A DNA stretch of 64,000 nucleotides from Longimicrobiales bacterium (GTDB taxonomy: Bacteria > Gemmatimonadota > Gemmatimonadetes > Longimicrobiales > Gaopeijiaceae): positions 640,001 through 704,000 of the forward strand of contig OZ250165.1 of the NCBI GenBank assembly GCA_965238005.1, read 5' to 3'. Below are positions 56,278-64,000 of this stretch, one piece after another. How positions within the stretch are numbered: position 1 is the first letter of the stretch; each line of letters begins with the position of its first letter. A program made the translations under genes and the position numbers. The notes beneath the pieces were generated by a model. The model saw only the letters and a list, made by a program, of their open reading frames with translations. It was not told the origin of the DNA and made no database searches.

Positions 56278-57284
56278 AGCGCGCGAGCGGTGTCGGCCAC
56301 CTCACTCCGTTCCTTCCGGGGCTGGGGCCGCTGCTCGAGGACCCCGAGGTCTCCGAGATCATGATCAACGGACCCGGCAACGTCTGGGTCGAGCGGGCGG
56401 GCCGGCTCGAGCCCTACGACGCGCCCGGACTCACCGCCGCTTGGCTCCACCGCGCCGCGATCCACATCGCCCGGCCGCTCGGGCTCGATCCCGCCGCGAG
56501 GCCGATCCTCGACGCCCGGCTCGGCGACGGATCCCGGGTCGCCATCTGCACCCCGCCCGCGGCACCCGAGGTCGCCATCACCATCCGACGGTTCGGGGGC
56601 CGGGCGTTCTCGCCCGACGATCTCGTGCGCCTGGGTTCGCTGCCGGAGGCGGTCTTGCGCGAAGCCAAGAGGGTGCTCCGCGCCCGCAGGAACATCCTCG
56701 TCTCCGGGGGCACCGGCTCGGGGAAGACCACGCTCTTGAACGCGCTGATCGAACTGCTGCCCGAGGACGAGCGGATCGTCGCGATTGAGGACACGCTCGA
56801 GCTCAGGATCGACCGCGCGAACTGCGTCCGCTTCGAGGCCGGGGCCATCGGCTCGGAAGCACCCGTATCGATCCGCGACCTGGTGCGCCACGCGCTCCGC
56901 CACCGGCCCGACCACATCGTCGTCGGCGAGGTCAGGGGCGCCGAGGCCGCCGATCTGCTCCAGGCGCTCAACACCGGGCACGGCGGTTCGCTCACGACCG
57001 TGCACGCGAACAACGCCCGCTCCGCGCTCTCGCGCCTGGCGAGCTGCGCCATGCAGGCCGAGGGCGCGCTCCCCTGGGACGTCACCTGCCGGGGGGTCGT
57101 GGACGGGATCGCGCTCGTGCTCCACATCACCCGGCAACGAGGCAGGCGGTTCGTCGAGGAAGCCATCCAGGTCCAGGGCTACGACGCGGCCACCGGCCGC
57201 TGGGTCACCGAACCGATATCGGGCGGGGCGGCGAAGCCCCGGCAAGAAGAACAGACCTACACACCGAAGGAGGTGAGCGCATGA
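56274..57284 (+). CDS. VirB11/TrbB/CpaF-family secretion ATPase
   Basis: SGGTGSGKTT, IEDTLEL, RHRPDHIVVGEVRGAEA, NTGHGGSLTTVHAN. Confidence 0.93.
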   Translation: MKRASGVGHLTPFLPGLGPLLEDPEVSEIMINGPGNVWVERAGRLEPYDAPGLTAAWLHRAAIHIARPLGLDPAARPILDARLGDGSRVAICTPPAAPEVAITIRRFGGRAFSPDDLVRLGSLPEAVLREAKRVLRARRNILVSGGTGSGKTTLLNALIELLPEDERIVAIEDTLELRIDRANCVRFEAGAIGSEAPVSIRDLVRHALRHRPDHIVVGEVRGAEAADLLQALNTGHGGSLTTVHANNARSALSRLASCAMQAEGALPWDVTCRGVVDGIALVLHITRQRGRRFVEEAIQVQGYDAATGRWVTEPISGGAAKPRQEEQTYTPKEVSA

Positions 57285-57478
57285 CGGGCAACGACAGCAC
57301 CATCCGCGTCGAGACGTTCGAGGACTTCGACCGCGAGCTCGCGCGCGACGGAGGCGAGACCCTCGAGGTCCCGGCCTACCTGGCCGAGCAGTACGGCCTC
57401 TTCCCCGAGGAGGTCGGGAGCGAGGAAGACATCTTGGGCGCCGGCGCCGATCCGCACGGGGAGGAGGTGGACCGATGA
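57281..57478 (+). CDS. 65-aa highly acidic protein
   Basis: ATGA overlaps on both sides; second copy at 21023. Confidence 0.8.
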   Translation: MTGNDSTIRVETFEDFDRELARDGGETLEVPAYLAEQYGLFPEEVGSEEDILGAGADPHGEEVDR

Positions 57479-58503
57479 AGCACGACGAATACCACCGCAA
57501 GTTCGCCGACCGGGTCATCGAGCAGATCCGGCAGGGCACCGCCCCCTGGCAGAAGCCGTGGGCGCCGGGCGAGCGCGTGCTCCCCGCGAACGTGGACACC
57601 GACCGCTCCTATCGCGGCGGCAACAGCCTGCACCTCGCCGCCGTCCAGCAGGAGCGCGGCTACGGCGATGTGCGCTGGGGCACCTACCGCCAGATCCAGG
57701 CCCGCGGCGGGCAGGTCAGGAAGGGCGAGACCGGCACCCGCATCCTCTCCTTCCAGGATCACAAGCGGACCCAAGTCACCGACGAGCGCGGACGGCCCAG
57801 GAGGGACGCCGAGGGCAATCGCGTCTACCGCCACGAGCGACTCAAGGCGCCCTTCGTCCGCCAGTACACCGTGTTCAACGCCGAGCAGGCCGACGGGCTG
57901 CCCGCAAGGTCCACCCCGACGCCTGAGCCGCTCTGGAAGACCCACCAGGAGGCCGAACGGGTGCTCGAAGACGGCGGGGTTCCCGTCCGTCACGTCGCGG
58001 GCGACCGCGCCTTCTACAACCTGAACCGCGACGAGATCATCCTCCCCGAACGGGTGCAGTTCCCCTCGGCCAACCACTACTACCAGACGGCGCTCCACGA
58101 GCTGGGGCACAGCACCGGCCACCCCGAGCGGATGAACCGCGAGACGCTCGTCGAGGGGATCAAGAGCGGGTGCGGATCGCCCGACTACGCGAAGGAGGAA
58201 TTGAGGGCCGAGATCAGCGCCATGATGACGGGCGAGCGCGTGGGCGTCGGCCACGACCCGGCGCGGGGCGCCGCGTACGTCGAGGGCTGGATCGCCGCGC
58301 TCGCGGAGGATCCGCGCGAGATCCGGCGCGCCGCCGCCGACGCGCAGAGGATCTCGGACTTCGTGCTCGTTCGGCACATCGAGCGCGAGGCCGCGAGGGA
58401 ACCCACGGCCGTGGCCGCGGCCCGCGCGCCCGGACCTCAGCGGACCCAAGTTCCCGTGCCGCCGCTCCCGGTCCCCGAGCGCAGCTCCGGGCCGAGCCGC
58501 TGA
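57475..58503 (+). CDS. ardC: ArdC antirestriction ssDNA-binding protein
   Basis: APWQKPW, YRGGN, WGTYRQ, VRKGE, YTVFNAEQ, LHELGHSTG, YAKEELRAE. Confidence 0.92.
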   Translation: MKHDEYHRKFADRVIEQIRQGTAPWQKPWAPGERVLPANVDTDRSYRGGNSLHLAAVQQERGYGDVRWGTYRQIQARGGQVRKGETGTRILSFQDHKRTQVTDERGRPRRDAEGNRVYRHERLKAPFVRQYTVFNAEQADGLPARSTPTPEPLWKTHQEAERVLEDGGVPVRHVAGDRAFYNLNRDEIILPERVQFPSANHYYQTALHELGHSTGHPERMNRETLVEGIKSGCGSPDYAKEELRAEISAMMTGERVGVGHDPARGAAYVEGWIAALAEDPREIRRAAADAQRISDFVLVRHIEREAAREPTAVAAARAPGPQRTQVPVPPLPVPERSSGPSR

Positions 58504-58510
58504 GCAACCG

Positions 58511-59410
58511 ATGAGAGGCAGGGAGATGTTCGACCGCACGGTCGAGGAGGACCCCCGTTCCGCCGCGCCACCCAGCCGCGAGAAGCAACGCATGCGGAAC
58601 GGCCATCGTCGAGAATACGCCGCGAGCCGGGACGGCGGGTCCATCTCCTTCCCCGAACGGTGCGCCCGTGGACTTGCCGATATCGGCGTCTACGGAGCCG
58701 TCTCCTACCGCGACCTCGCCGAGGCCCGCTTCGGGGGACACCCCCACACCACCAAGCGGGCCGTGAACGCCTGGATCCGAGAGGGTCTCGTCACCGAGAC
58801 CCGGGCCACCGGACCCAAGGGCAATCCGTTCAAGGTCCTCTCCCTCACCCGCCAGGGCGTGGCCAAGGCCCGGAAACTCGCCGCCGAACGCGAGATGGAT
58901 CCCGCACAGCAGATCCGGATCGCACGCTCCAGGTCCGCCGAGGCCGCGCACGACACCGCCGTCTACCGCGCCTGCTGGAAGGAACGGCAGCGCCTCGTGG
59001 AACAGGGCGCCACCGTCAAGCGCGTCCGGCTCGACACCGAACTCAAGAGCGCCGTCGCGCGCGCGAGCGAGGCCGCCCGGCTCAAGAACGGCAAGCGGGC
59101 CGCCGATGCCGAACGGCACAGAATCGCCCAAGAGCTCGGCCTCCCCGTCGACGACGAGGGCCGCGTGCTCCACCCGGATGCGCAGATCGAGTACACGGAC
59201 GCCGAAGGCCGGACCGGCCGCGTCAACATCGAGGCCGTCTCCGGCAACTATCGCGAAGGGGCCGTCCGGGCCAAGGCCGCCGCCGGGTTCGCGCTCCACG
59301 CCAACGGGCCGGCCGCCGGGAAACTCCTCGGCAAGCTCGGCCTGGGCGGCGATGGCGGCTCCTGGCTGCGCGGGCCCGCCGACCGCGACCCGGCCGCCGT
59401 CGAACTCTGA
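58511..59410 (+). CDS. Winged-HTH plus PD-(D/E)XK protein, replication-relaxation/relaxase-like
   Basis: LSLTRQG wing, AHDTAV, HPDAQIEY...VNIEAVSGNY. Confidence 0.6.
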   Translation: MRGREMFDRTVEEDPRSAAPPSREKQRMRNGHRREYAASRDGGSISFPERCARGLADIGVYGAVSYRDLAEARFGGHPHTTKRAVNAWIREGLVTETRATGPKGNPFKVLSLTRQGVAKARKLAAEREMDPAQQIRIARSRSAEAAHDTAVYRACWKERQRLVEQGATVKRVRLDTELKSAVARASEAARLKNGKRAADAERHRIAQELGLPVDDEGRVLHPDAQIEYTDAEGRTGRVNIEAVSGNYREGAVRAKAAAGFALHANGPAAGKLLGKLGLGGDGGSWLRGPADRDPAAVEL

Positions 59411-59431
59411 CGACCCGGAGGACTTCAGCCC

Positions 59432-59746
59432 ATGCAACCCTGGAAGATCAGCGCGGGACTCACCGCCGCAATCGCCGGTTCGGCCATGATCCTCGTCGGG
59501 CCGCGCCTCGAATACCTGGCACCGTTCTGGCCGGTCATCCTCGCCGAACACGGCCTCCTGCTCTCCCTTCACCTCGCGTTCGCGCTCGCAACCGTCGCGG
59601 CCGCCATCTACGCCGTCGCGCGCGCCACCGGGCTCGCCGACCTCGGACGCCGCGTCGATCTCGCCGAACGGTCCGTCCGGCGCGGCGCGGGGGATACGGG
59701 CCTCACCGAAGCGCTCCGCAGGGACGCCGAAGGCGACTGGGACTGA
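59432..59746 (+). CDS. Small membrane protein
   Basis: Two to three hydrophobic helices; second copy at 36844. Confidence 0.75.
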   Translation: MQPWKISAGLTAAIAGSAMILVGPRLEYLAPFWPVILAEHGLLLSLHLAFALATVAAAIYAVARATGLADLGRRVDLAERSVRRGAGDTGLTEALRRDAEGDWD

Positions 59747-59752
59747 ACGCGC

Positions 59753-60142
59753 ATGGGAGAGCGAACATCCGTCGAGACACTGCCCGCCAACTGGCGGAGG
59801 CACGCCAAGGCGCTCCGGCGCTACGGGGGCGAGACTCCGGCCACCACGCTCGAAAGCTGCGCCGCCGAACTCGAAGCCACGCTCGTCGAAAGGGACGAGA
59901 CCACCTTCTCGCTGGTCGAAGCCGCCCACGAGAGCGGCTACTCCGCCGACCATCTCGGGCGCCTGGTCCGCGACGGCAGGATCCCCAACGCCGGAAGGCC
60001 CGGCGCGCCCAGGATCGCCCGCACGCACCTGCCCCGGAAGGCCCATGCGCCGGCCGAGCCGCGACTGGCGGAGCAGCCCCGCCGACGCGACGTTTCAAAC
60101 GTGCAGATCGTGCAGTCCATCATCGAAAAAGGAATCGAATGA
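59753..60142 (+). CDS. HTH excisionase-like protein
   Basis: FSLVEAAHESGYSADHLGRLVRDGRIPN; stop overlaps the integrase start. Confidence 0.75.
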   Translation: MGERTSVETLPANWRRHAKALRRYGGETPATTLESCAAELEATLVERDETTFSLVEAAHESGYSADHLGRLVRDGRIPNAGRPGAPRIARTHLPRKAHAPAEPRLAEQPRRRDVSNVQIVQSIIEKGIE

Positions 60143-61302
60143 TGGCACGCACGAAACGAGTCCGGCGCGGCTACAGCGCCGGCGAATGGGGCCGGAACCG
60201 GGTGAGGGTCTTTCCCGATCCCAAGACCGGCTTGTTCCAGATCGAGTGGCGCGAGGGTGGGCGCAGGCTCAGCCGGTCGCTGAAGCACCGCGACTGGAGG
60301 TCGGCGAAGACGCAGGCGGACGAGTTCGCCGCAGGGTTCGCCGGGCCGGAGCTGAACGGCAAGAAGAACGCCGAGCCCGAGCCGCTCACGCTGGGAACGC
60401 TTTTTGACATCTACGGTGAAGAGGTGACGCCCACCAAGGGCCTGAGTTCGCGGCAGCACGATCGCGCTGCGGCGAAGATGTTCCTCGGGTTCCTGGGCAG
60501 GAGCCGCGACCCGGCGACCTTGTCGCAGCGCGACTGGGACCGGTTCATCCGGGCGCGCAGGGCGGGAAGCGTAGGCTCCAGCGGGAGGCCCGTGTCGGAT
60601 CGGATGGTCGAATACGACCTGAGATTTCTGATCTCGGTCCTCAACTGGGCCTCGAGGTCGAGGGACGAGCGGGGCCGCCTGCTCCTCGAGTCGAACCCGC
60701 TGAGGGGCCTGAAGATGCCCATGGAGAAGAACCCCACCCGGGTCGTTCTTTCCGAACACGAGTATCAAGCGCTTCTGAAGGTGTCCCACGAGGTGGATTG
60801 GCGGTTCCATCTCGCGCTCGTGCTCGCGCACGAGACCGGACACCGCATCGGAGCCATCCGCAAGCTCCGGTGGTCCGACATCGACTTGGCACACGAAACC
60901 ATCCGGTGGCGTAGCGAGCACGAGAAGACCGGATACGAGCACCGGACCCCGGTGACCGCTGAAGCAATCGCAGCCTTGGAGCCGGCGCGGGGGCGGAACC
61001 CCGTGACCGGCAGCGCTCCGGTGCTGCCCTCGTCGAGGGACCCCTCGGTGAGTGTCGGCTCCTGGATCTCCCGCGGTTGGTGGAAAAGGGCCGAAGGGCT
61101 CGCAGGTCTGGAGCCGAAACGCGGTCGTGGCTGGCACTCGCTGAGGCGGAAGTTCGCGTCCGATCTCATGGACCAGCCCCTCAAGGTGCTCTGCGAACTC
61201 GGCGGCTGGAAGACGGCCAAGACCGTCCTCCAGTGTTATCAGCGGGCGGACGAGGGACAACTCAGGCAGGCGCTCGCAAACCGCCGGAGAGTTCGGACCT
61301 GA
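60139..61302 (+). CDS. Family A tyrosine integrase, intact, 387 aa
   Basis: R-K-HxxR-W-Y catalytic set as in 39697-40860. Confidence 0.92.
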   Translation: MMARTKRVRRGYSAGEWGRNRVRVFPDPKTGLFQIEWREGGRRLSRSLKHRDWRSAKTQADEFAAGFAGPELNGKKNAEPEPLTLGTLFDIYGEEVTPTKGLSSRQHDRAAAKMFLGFLGRSRDPATLSQRDWDRFIRARRAGSVGSSGRPVSDRMVEYDLRFLISVLNWASRSRDERGRLLLESNPLRGLKMPMEKNPTRVVLSEHEYQALLKVSHEVDWRFHLALVLAHETGHRIGAIRKLRWSDIDLAHETIRWRSEHEKTGYEHRTPVTAEAIAALEPARGRNPVTGSAPVLPSSRDPSVSVGSWISRGWWKRAEGLAGLEPKRGRGWHSLRRKFASDLMDQPLKVLCELGGWKTAKTVLQCYQRADEGQLRQALANRRRVRT

Positions 61303-61394
61303 CCCCATTCGGCGGGAACCGTTTGGCGGGAATCCGACCGGACAGCCTCCTAAGTTCAATGATCACAAACAGATCCGAATCCGAACGCGGATGC

Positions 61395-62163
61395 TGGATC
61401 ATCGAACTGTACCGGCTCTTGCCGGGGGGCTGGGTCACCCTCCAAGACATCTACCGCTGCACGGTGGATGCGGAACTGTTCGGCCGGAAGATCGGCGAGG
61501 CCCGCGAGCTGGCCGACCGGCTCTGCCCGGTGCGGGCCGTCATCGCGACCAGGGATCTCGCCGCTCACAAGGAACCCCTCGGGGAATGGGGCTGGGAGCC
61601 GGTGCCCGGCTCGGACAAGGCGGCTTGCCAGCTCGACCCCGCACTCCGGGACCGGCTCAAGGAACTCAAGGTCGCATACGAGACGGAGGAGAGCGGGGGC
61701 GGAGCGGGCAGTGAGTTCGGCGCGCAGGTCGAGGCCATCGAGCGGTGGTATCTGCATGACTGGATGGCGCTCGACGCCAAGCTCCGCACCTCCATCGTCG
61801 AGGGCATCAGCGTGTTCCTCTCGCTCTTCGACCAGCCGCAGGTCGCCGGCGTGTTCTGCCCGCCGCCACCGGACCCGGATGAATCCATACATATGTATGG
61901 TGCTGCGCCGGACGAGGACGCCGAGGCCGTCCGGCCCATGCCGGGCCTCCGCCGCCGGCTGCCGCCGCTCGCCGAGTTGATCGAGGGCGGCAAGGTCCTC
62001 GCGCTCAACATGCCCGCGGGCGCGAACCCGGCGCTCGGACGCGCGATCGGCGTGCTGCTCAAGAACGCCTGGATGCAGGCGCTGCTGCGGCGGCCCGCCG
62101 AGGCCGCCCGCCGGCCCGGCCGCTACCTCCGGCCCGCCGTGTTCATCTGCGACGAGTACCAGT
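61395..62163 (+). pseudogene. Internal fragment of a second coupling-protein gene
   Basis: WIIELYRLLPGG...FICDEYQ, paralogous to 54978-55749; bounded by two different element ends. Confidence 0.9.
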
Positions 62164-62277
62164 CCGATAATATATATGTCATAACTCTATATGCCATAAC
62201 CCGTTATGATGTCGCTTGCTCTCCCGCGATCACCCCTGCAATCACCCTTTGCGCGGCGGGTAGCGGAATCCCATGGA
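62160..62277 (+). repeat. Family B att-like right arm
   Basis: CAGTCCG, AT-rich tract, TCACCCCTGCAATCACCCTTTGCGC...GGAATCCCATGG. Confidence 0.7.
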
Positions 62278-62395
62278 GCAGTTCCGTTCGCCGTTCTCCG
62301 TTCGGCCGTCCCGTGGGACCCGGCCTCGTCCCATAGCGACTCCCGGCAACTCAAGTTCGACGGCGGCTGACTTTTTATTCGTCACCGAACACCCC

Positions 62396-62426
62396 CCCAC
62401 CCCACCCCGACAAGGGGTGGGGTGGG
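62396..62426. other. Perfect 13-bp inverted repeat
   Basis: CCCACCCCACCCC-GACAA-GGGGTGGGGTGGG; function unknown. Confidence 0.6.
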
Positions 62427-62574
62427 CAGACGCGATTGGGTGCGCCCCTGGAGGGAGCGCGCCCTGATCCGCGCTGCCCCCTCCTTACAAGCAGGACCGC
62501 AGCGAACCGGCCGGGGAAGCCTCGCGGAGCGCTAGGAGTGCCCCGGGTCAGTCATGAACGCGCCGTCTCACCGT

Positions 62575-63669
62575 TCACCGTTCCCAGCTGTCAGGGAATG
62601 GCTGGTAGAGGTCGGCCGGATAGACCTGTCGCGGGAACATCGCCGACGGTTCGGATTGATCGGCCTCCCGCCGCCCGAAACGCCCGGAAGGTTGTTCGGT
62701 CGACGCTCGCCGACACTGACAACCGGCCTCCCGTATGTCGATGGCTTCCCAGATCTCATCCACACGGATGCCGAAATCCAGGCTTCCAACCGGGACACGT
62801 ACAATGTCACCATCCCCACCCACCACAGGGGCGACAATACTCGCATAGTTCACGGCGATGACCCAACCGTCGTGATCGAAGACCGGACTGCCGCTCGTTC
62901 CTCCTGTGGTATCGAAGTTGTACTGAACCTCCACGAATTGGGACCCTCCCGAATCGACCGCCCGGAGCGCACTGACCGCTCCGTCCTTGAATGTGGGGGT
63001 AACTATGCCACTGACCACCTCATCATCAAAACCCGTGAAAGACAGCGATCCGGGGAAGCCCAACGTGCCTACGGGCTGTCCGATGCTGATGTCGTTGACC
63101 ATCTCCCGGGGCAGGAGGTTCAGCCCAACAGGCATTTCCCCGTCGATGTACAAGAGTCCTATGTCCGAGGACGTGAGCGTTTCACTATCGTAGTCGGGAT
63201 GGAACCAACTGTCGTCGAGGGTCTCGGAGATCTCGAAGGTTCCGCTTTCACCCACGACGGTGCCTGATCGCACGACAACGGGCTCCGGGTTCATCACGCC
63301 CAGCTCCTCCAGAAAAGCAAGGCTCTCTTGCAGCCCCTCGATAACGTGGGCATTCGTCCAGATCGCATCCGAGTAGTGTGCTGCGAAACCAGTGCCCACC
63401 ACGCGGTACACTGTTCTCTCCAAGCGCGGGTGGAAAAACCGAACCCCGACCGCGTACACGGCTTCGTCCACGCGCGATTCCGTGATGACGTCCGACCAGT
63501 CCAGGGTCTCGCCTTGTGGGCCTTGTGGCCCCTCGGGGCCCGTAGCTCCATCGGTTCCATCAGCCCCTGGAAGACCCTGGGGACCTTGTGGCCCCACTGG
63601 CCCCACCGGCCCCTCGCAGCCGACAGCCAAGATGAGCAGGGCGGTCAGTACAACGGTCAGTGGGCGCAT
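62575..63669 (-). CDS. Lipoprotein with collagen-like repeat and trypsin-like serine protease
   Basis: LAVGC lipobox, (GXY)n, TNAHV, SDIGLL, GTSGSPV. Confidence 0.88.
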   Translation of the reverse strand: MRPLTVVLTALLILAVGCEGPVGPVGPQGPQGLPGADGTDGATGPEGPQGPQGETLDWSDVITESRVDEAVYAVGVRFFHPRLERTVYRVVGTGFAAHYSDAIWTNAHVIEGLQESLAFLEELGVMNPEPVVVRSGTVVGESGTFEISETLDDSWFHPDYDSETLTSSDIGLLYIDGEMPVGLNLLPREMVNDISIGQPVGTLGFPGSLSFTGFDDEVVSGIVTPTFKDGAVSALRAVDSGGSQFVEVQYNFDTTGGTSGSPVFDHDGWVIAVNYASIVAPVVGGDGDIVRVPVGSLDFGIRVDEIWEAIDIREAGCQCRRASTEQPSGRFGRREADQSEPSAMFPRQVYPADLYQPFPDSWER

Positions 63670-63815
63670 CTTATACTCTTTGCAGTTGATGTGCAGATTC
63701 GCATTGAGCGGGCAACCCGACTCAGCGGGATCCCCAAAGACAATGGTTTCCGGGGGGGAAGTCTGGGGGTTCGATGGACGCCGAACAAGGCCACACTTCC
63801 GGCGAGGAGAAGAGG

Positions 63816-64000
63816 ATGACCAAAGCCGATCTCGTTGAGCAGGCCGCCGATGTGGCCGGACCGCGAGTCACCAAGAGGGACTGCGGGCTGGTGGTCGACG
63901 CCTTCCTCGACGCTGTGAAAGACGCGCTGGCGCGCGGCGACCACATCGAGCTCCGGGGCTTCGGCACCTTCAAGCTGCGGCACCGCAAGGCCCGCACGGG
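63816..64000 (+). CDS. HU/IHF-family DNA-binding protein, runs off the window
   Basis: MTKADLV...IELRGFGTFKLRHRKART. Confidence 0.9.
   Translation, partial: MTKADLVEQAADVAGPRVTKRDCGLVVDAFLDAVKDALARGDHIELRGFGTFKLRHRKART

Larger units (their letters stand above)
53488..61401 (+). mobile_element. Family A integrative element, left part truncated
   Basis: Co-oriented, mostly coupled gene run ending in the integrase and a right end with core TGGATCA at 61395-61401. Confidence 0.85.

Noticed and set aside
58660..60138. 880-aa integrase fusion ORF, and the 531-aa version at 39265
   Set aside because: GC-rich read-through overlapping real genes; comparison of three copies puts the starts at 60139 and 39697

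Overview
A GC-rich bacterial accessory region with almost no housekeeping genes: a dense integration hotspot of nested, mutually disrupting mobile elements. The cargo (LRR/Ig-repeat lipoprotein, collagen-protease lipoprotein, TonB receptor) suggests a marine host-associated, possibly Gemmatimonadota-like organism, but that is inference only. The dominant element family ('family A') runs VirD4-like coupling protein, VirB11-like ATPase, 65-aa acidic protein, ArdC, HTH/PD-(D/E)XK relaxase-like protein, membrane protein, excisionase, tyrosine integrase. It is near-complete at 53.5-61.4 kb, with remnants at 20.7-22.0, 35.6-39.3 and 61.4-62.2 kb and a further integrase at 39.7-40.9 kb. Its ends keep an exact geometry (TAAGTTCAATG + 33 nt + 7-nt core; core + 39 nt + TAAGTT), but the core differs: the tRNA-Ile(GAU) anticodon loop in two junctions and conjugation genes of other elements (mobC, coupling protein) in others. 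One 11.9-kb insertion splits mobC of a ColE1-type mob module. A second att-like repeat family bounds an inversion that splits an mrr-like gene. Also present are a solitary type I-G-like CRISPR repeat, three ColE1-like oriT copies, a type I R-M operon, McrBC, an ImmA/IrrE-PIN pair, several candidate defence genes, and IS3 and IS256 elements. All protein assignments come from motif recognition by eye, not from database searches.
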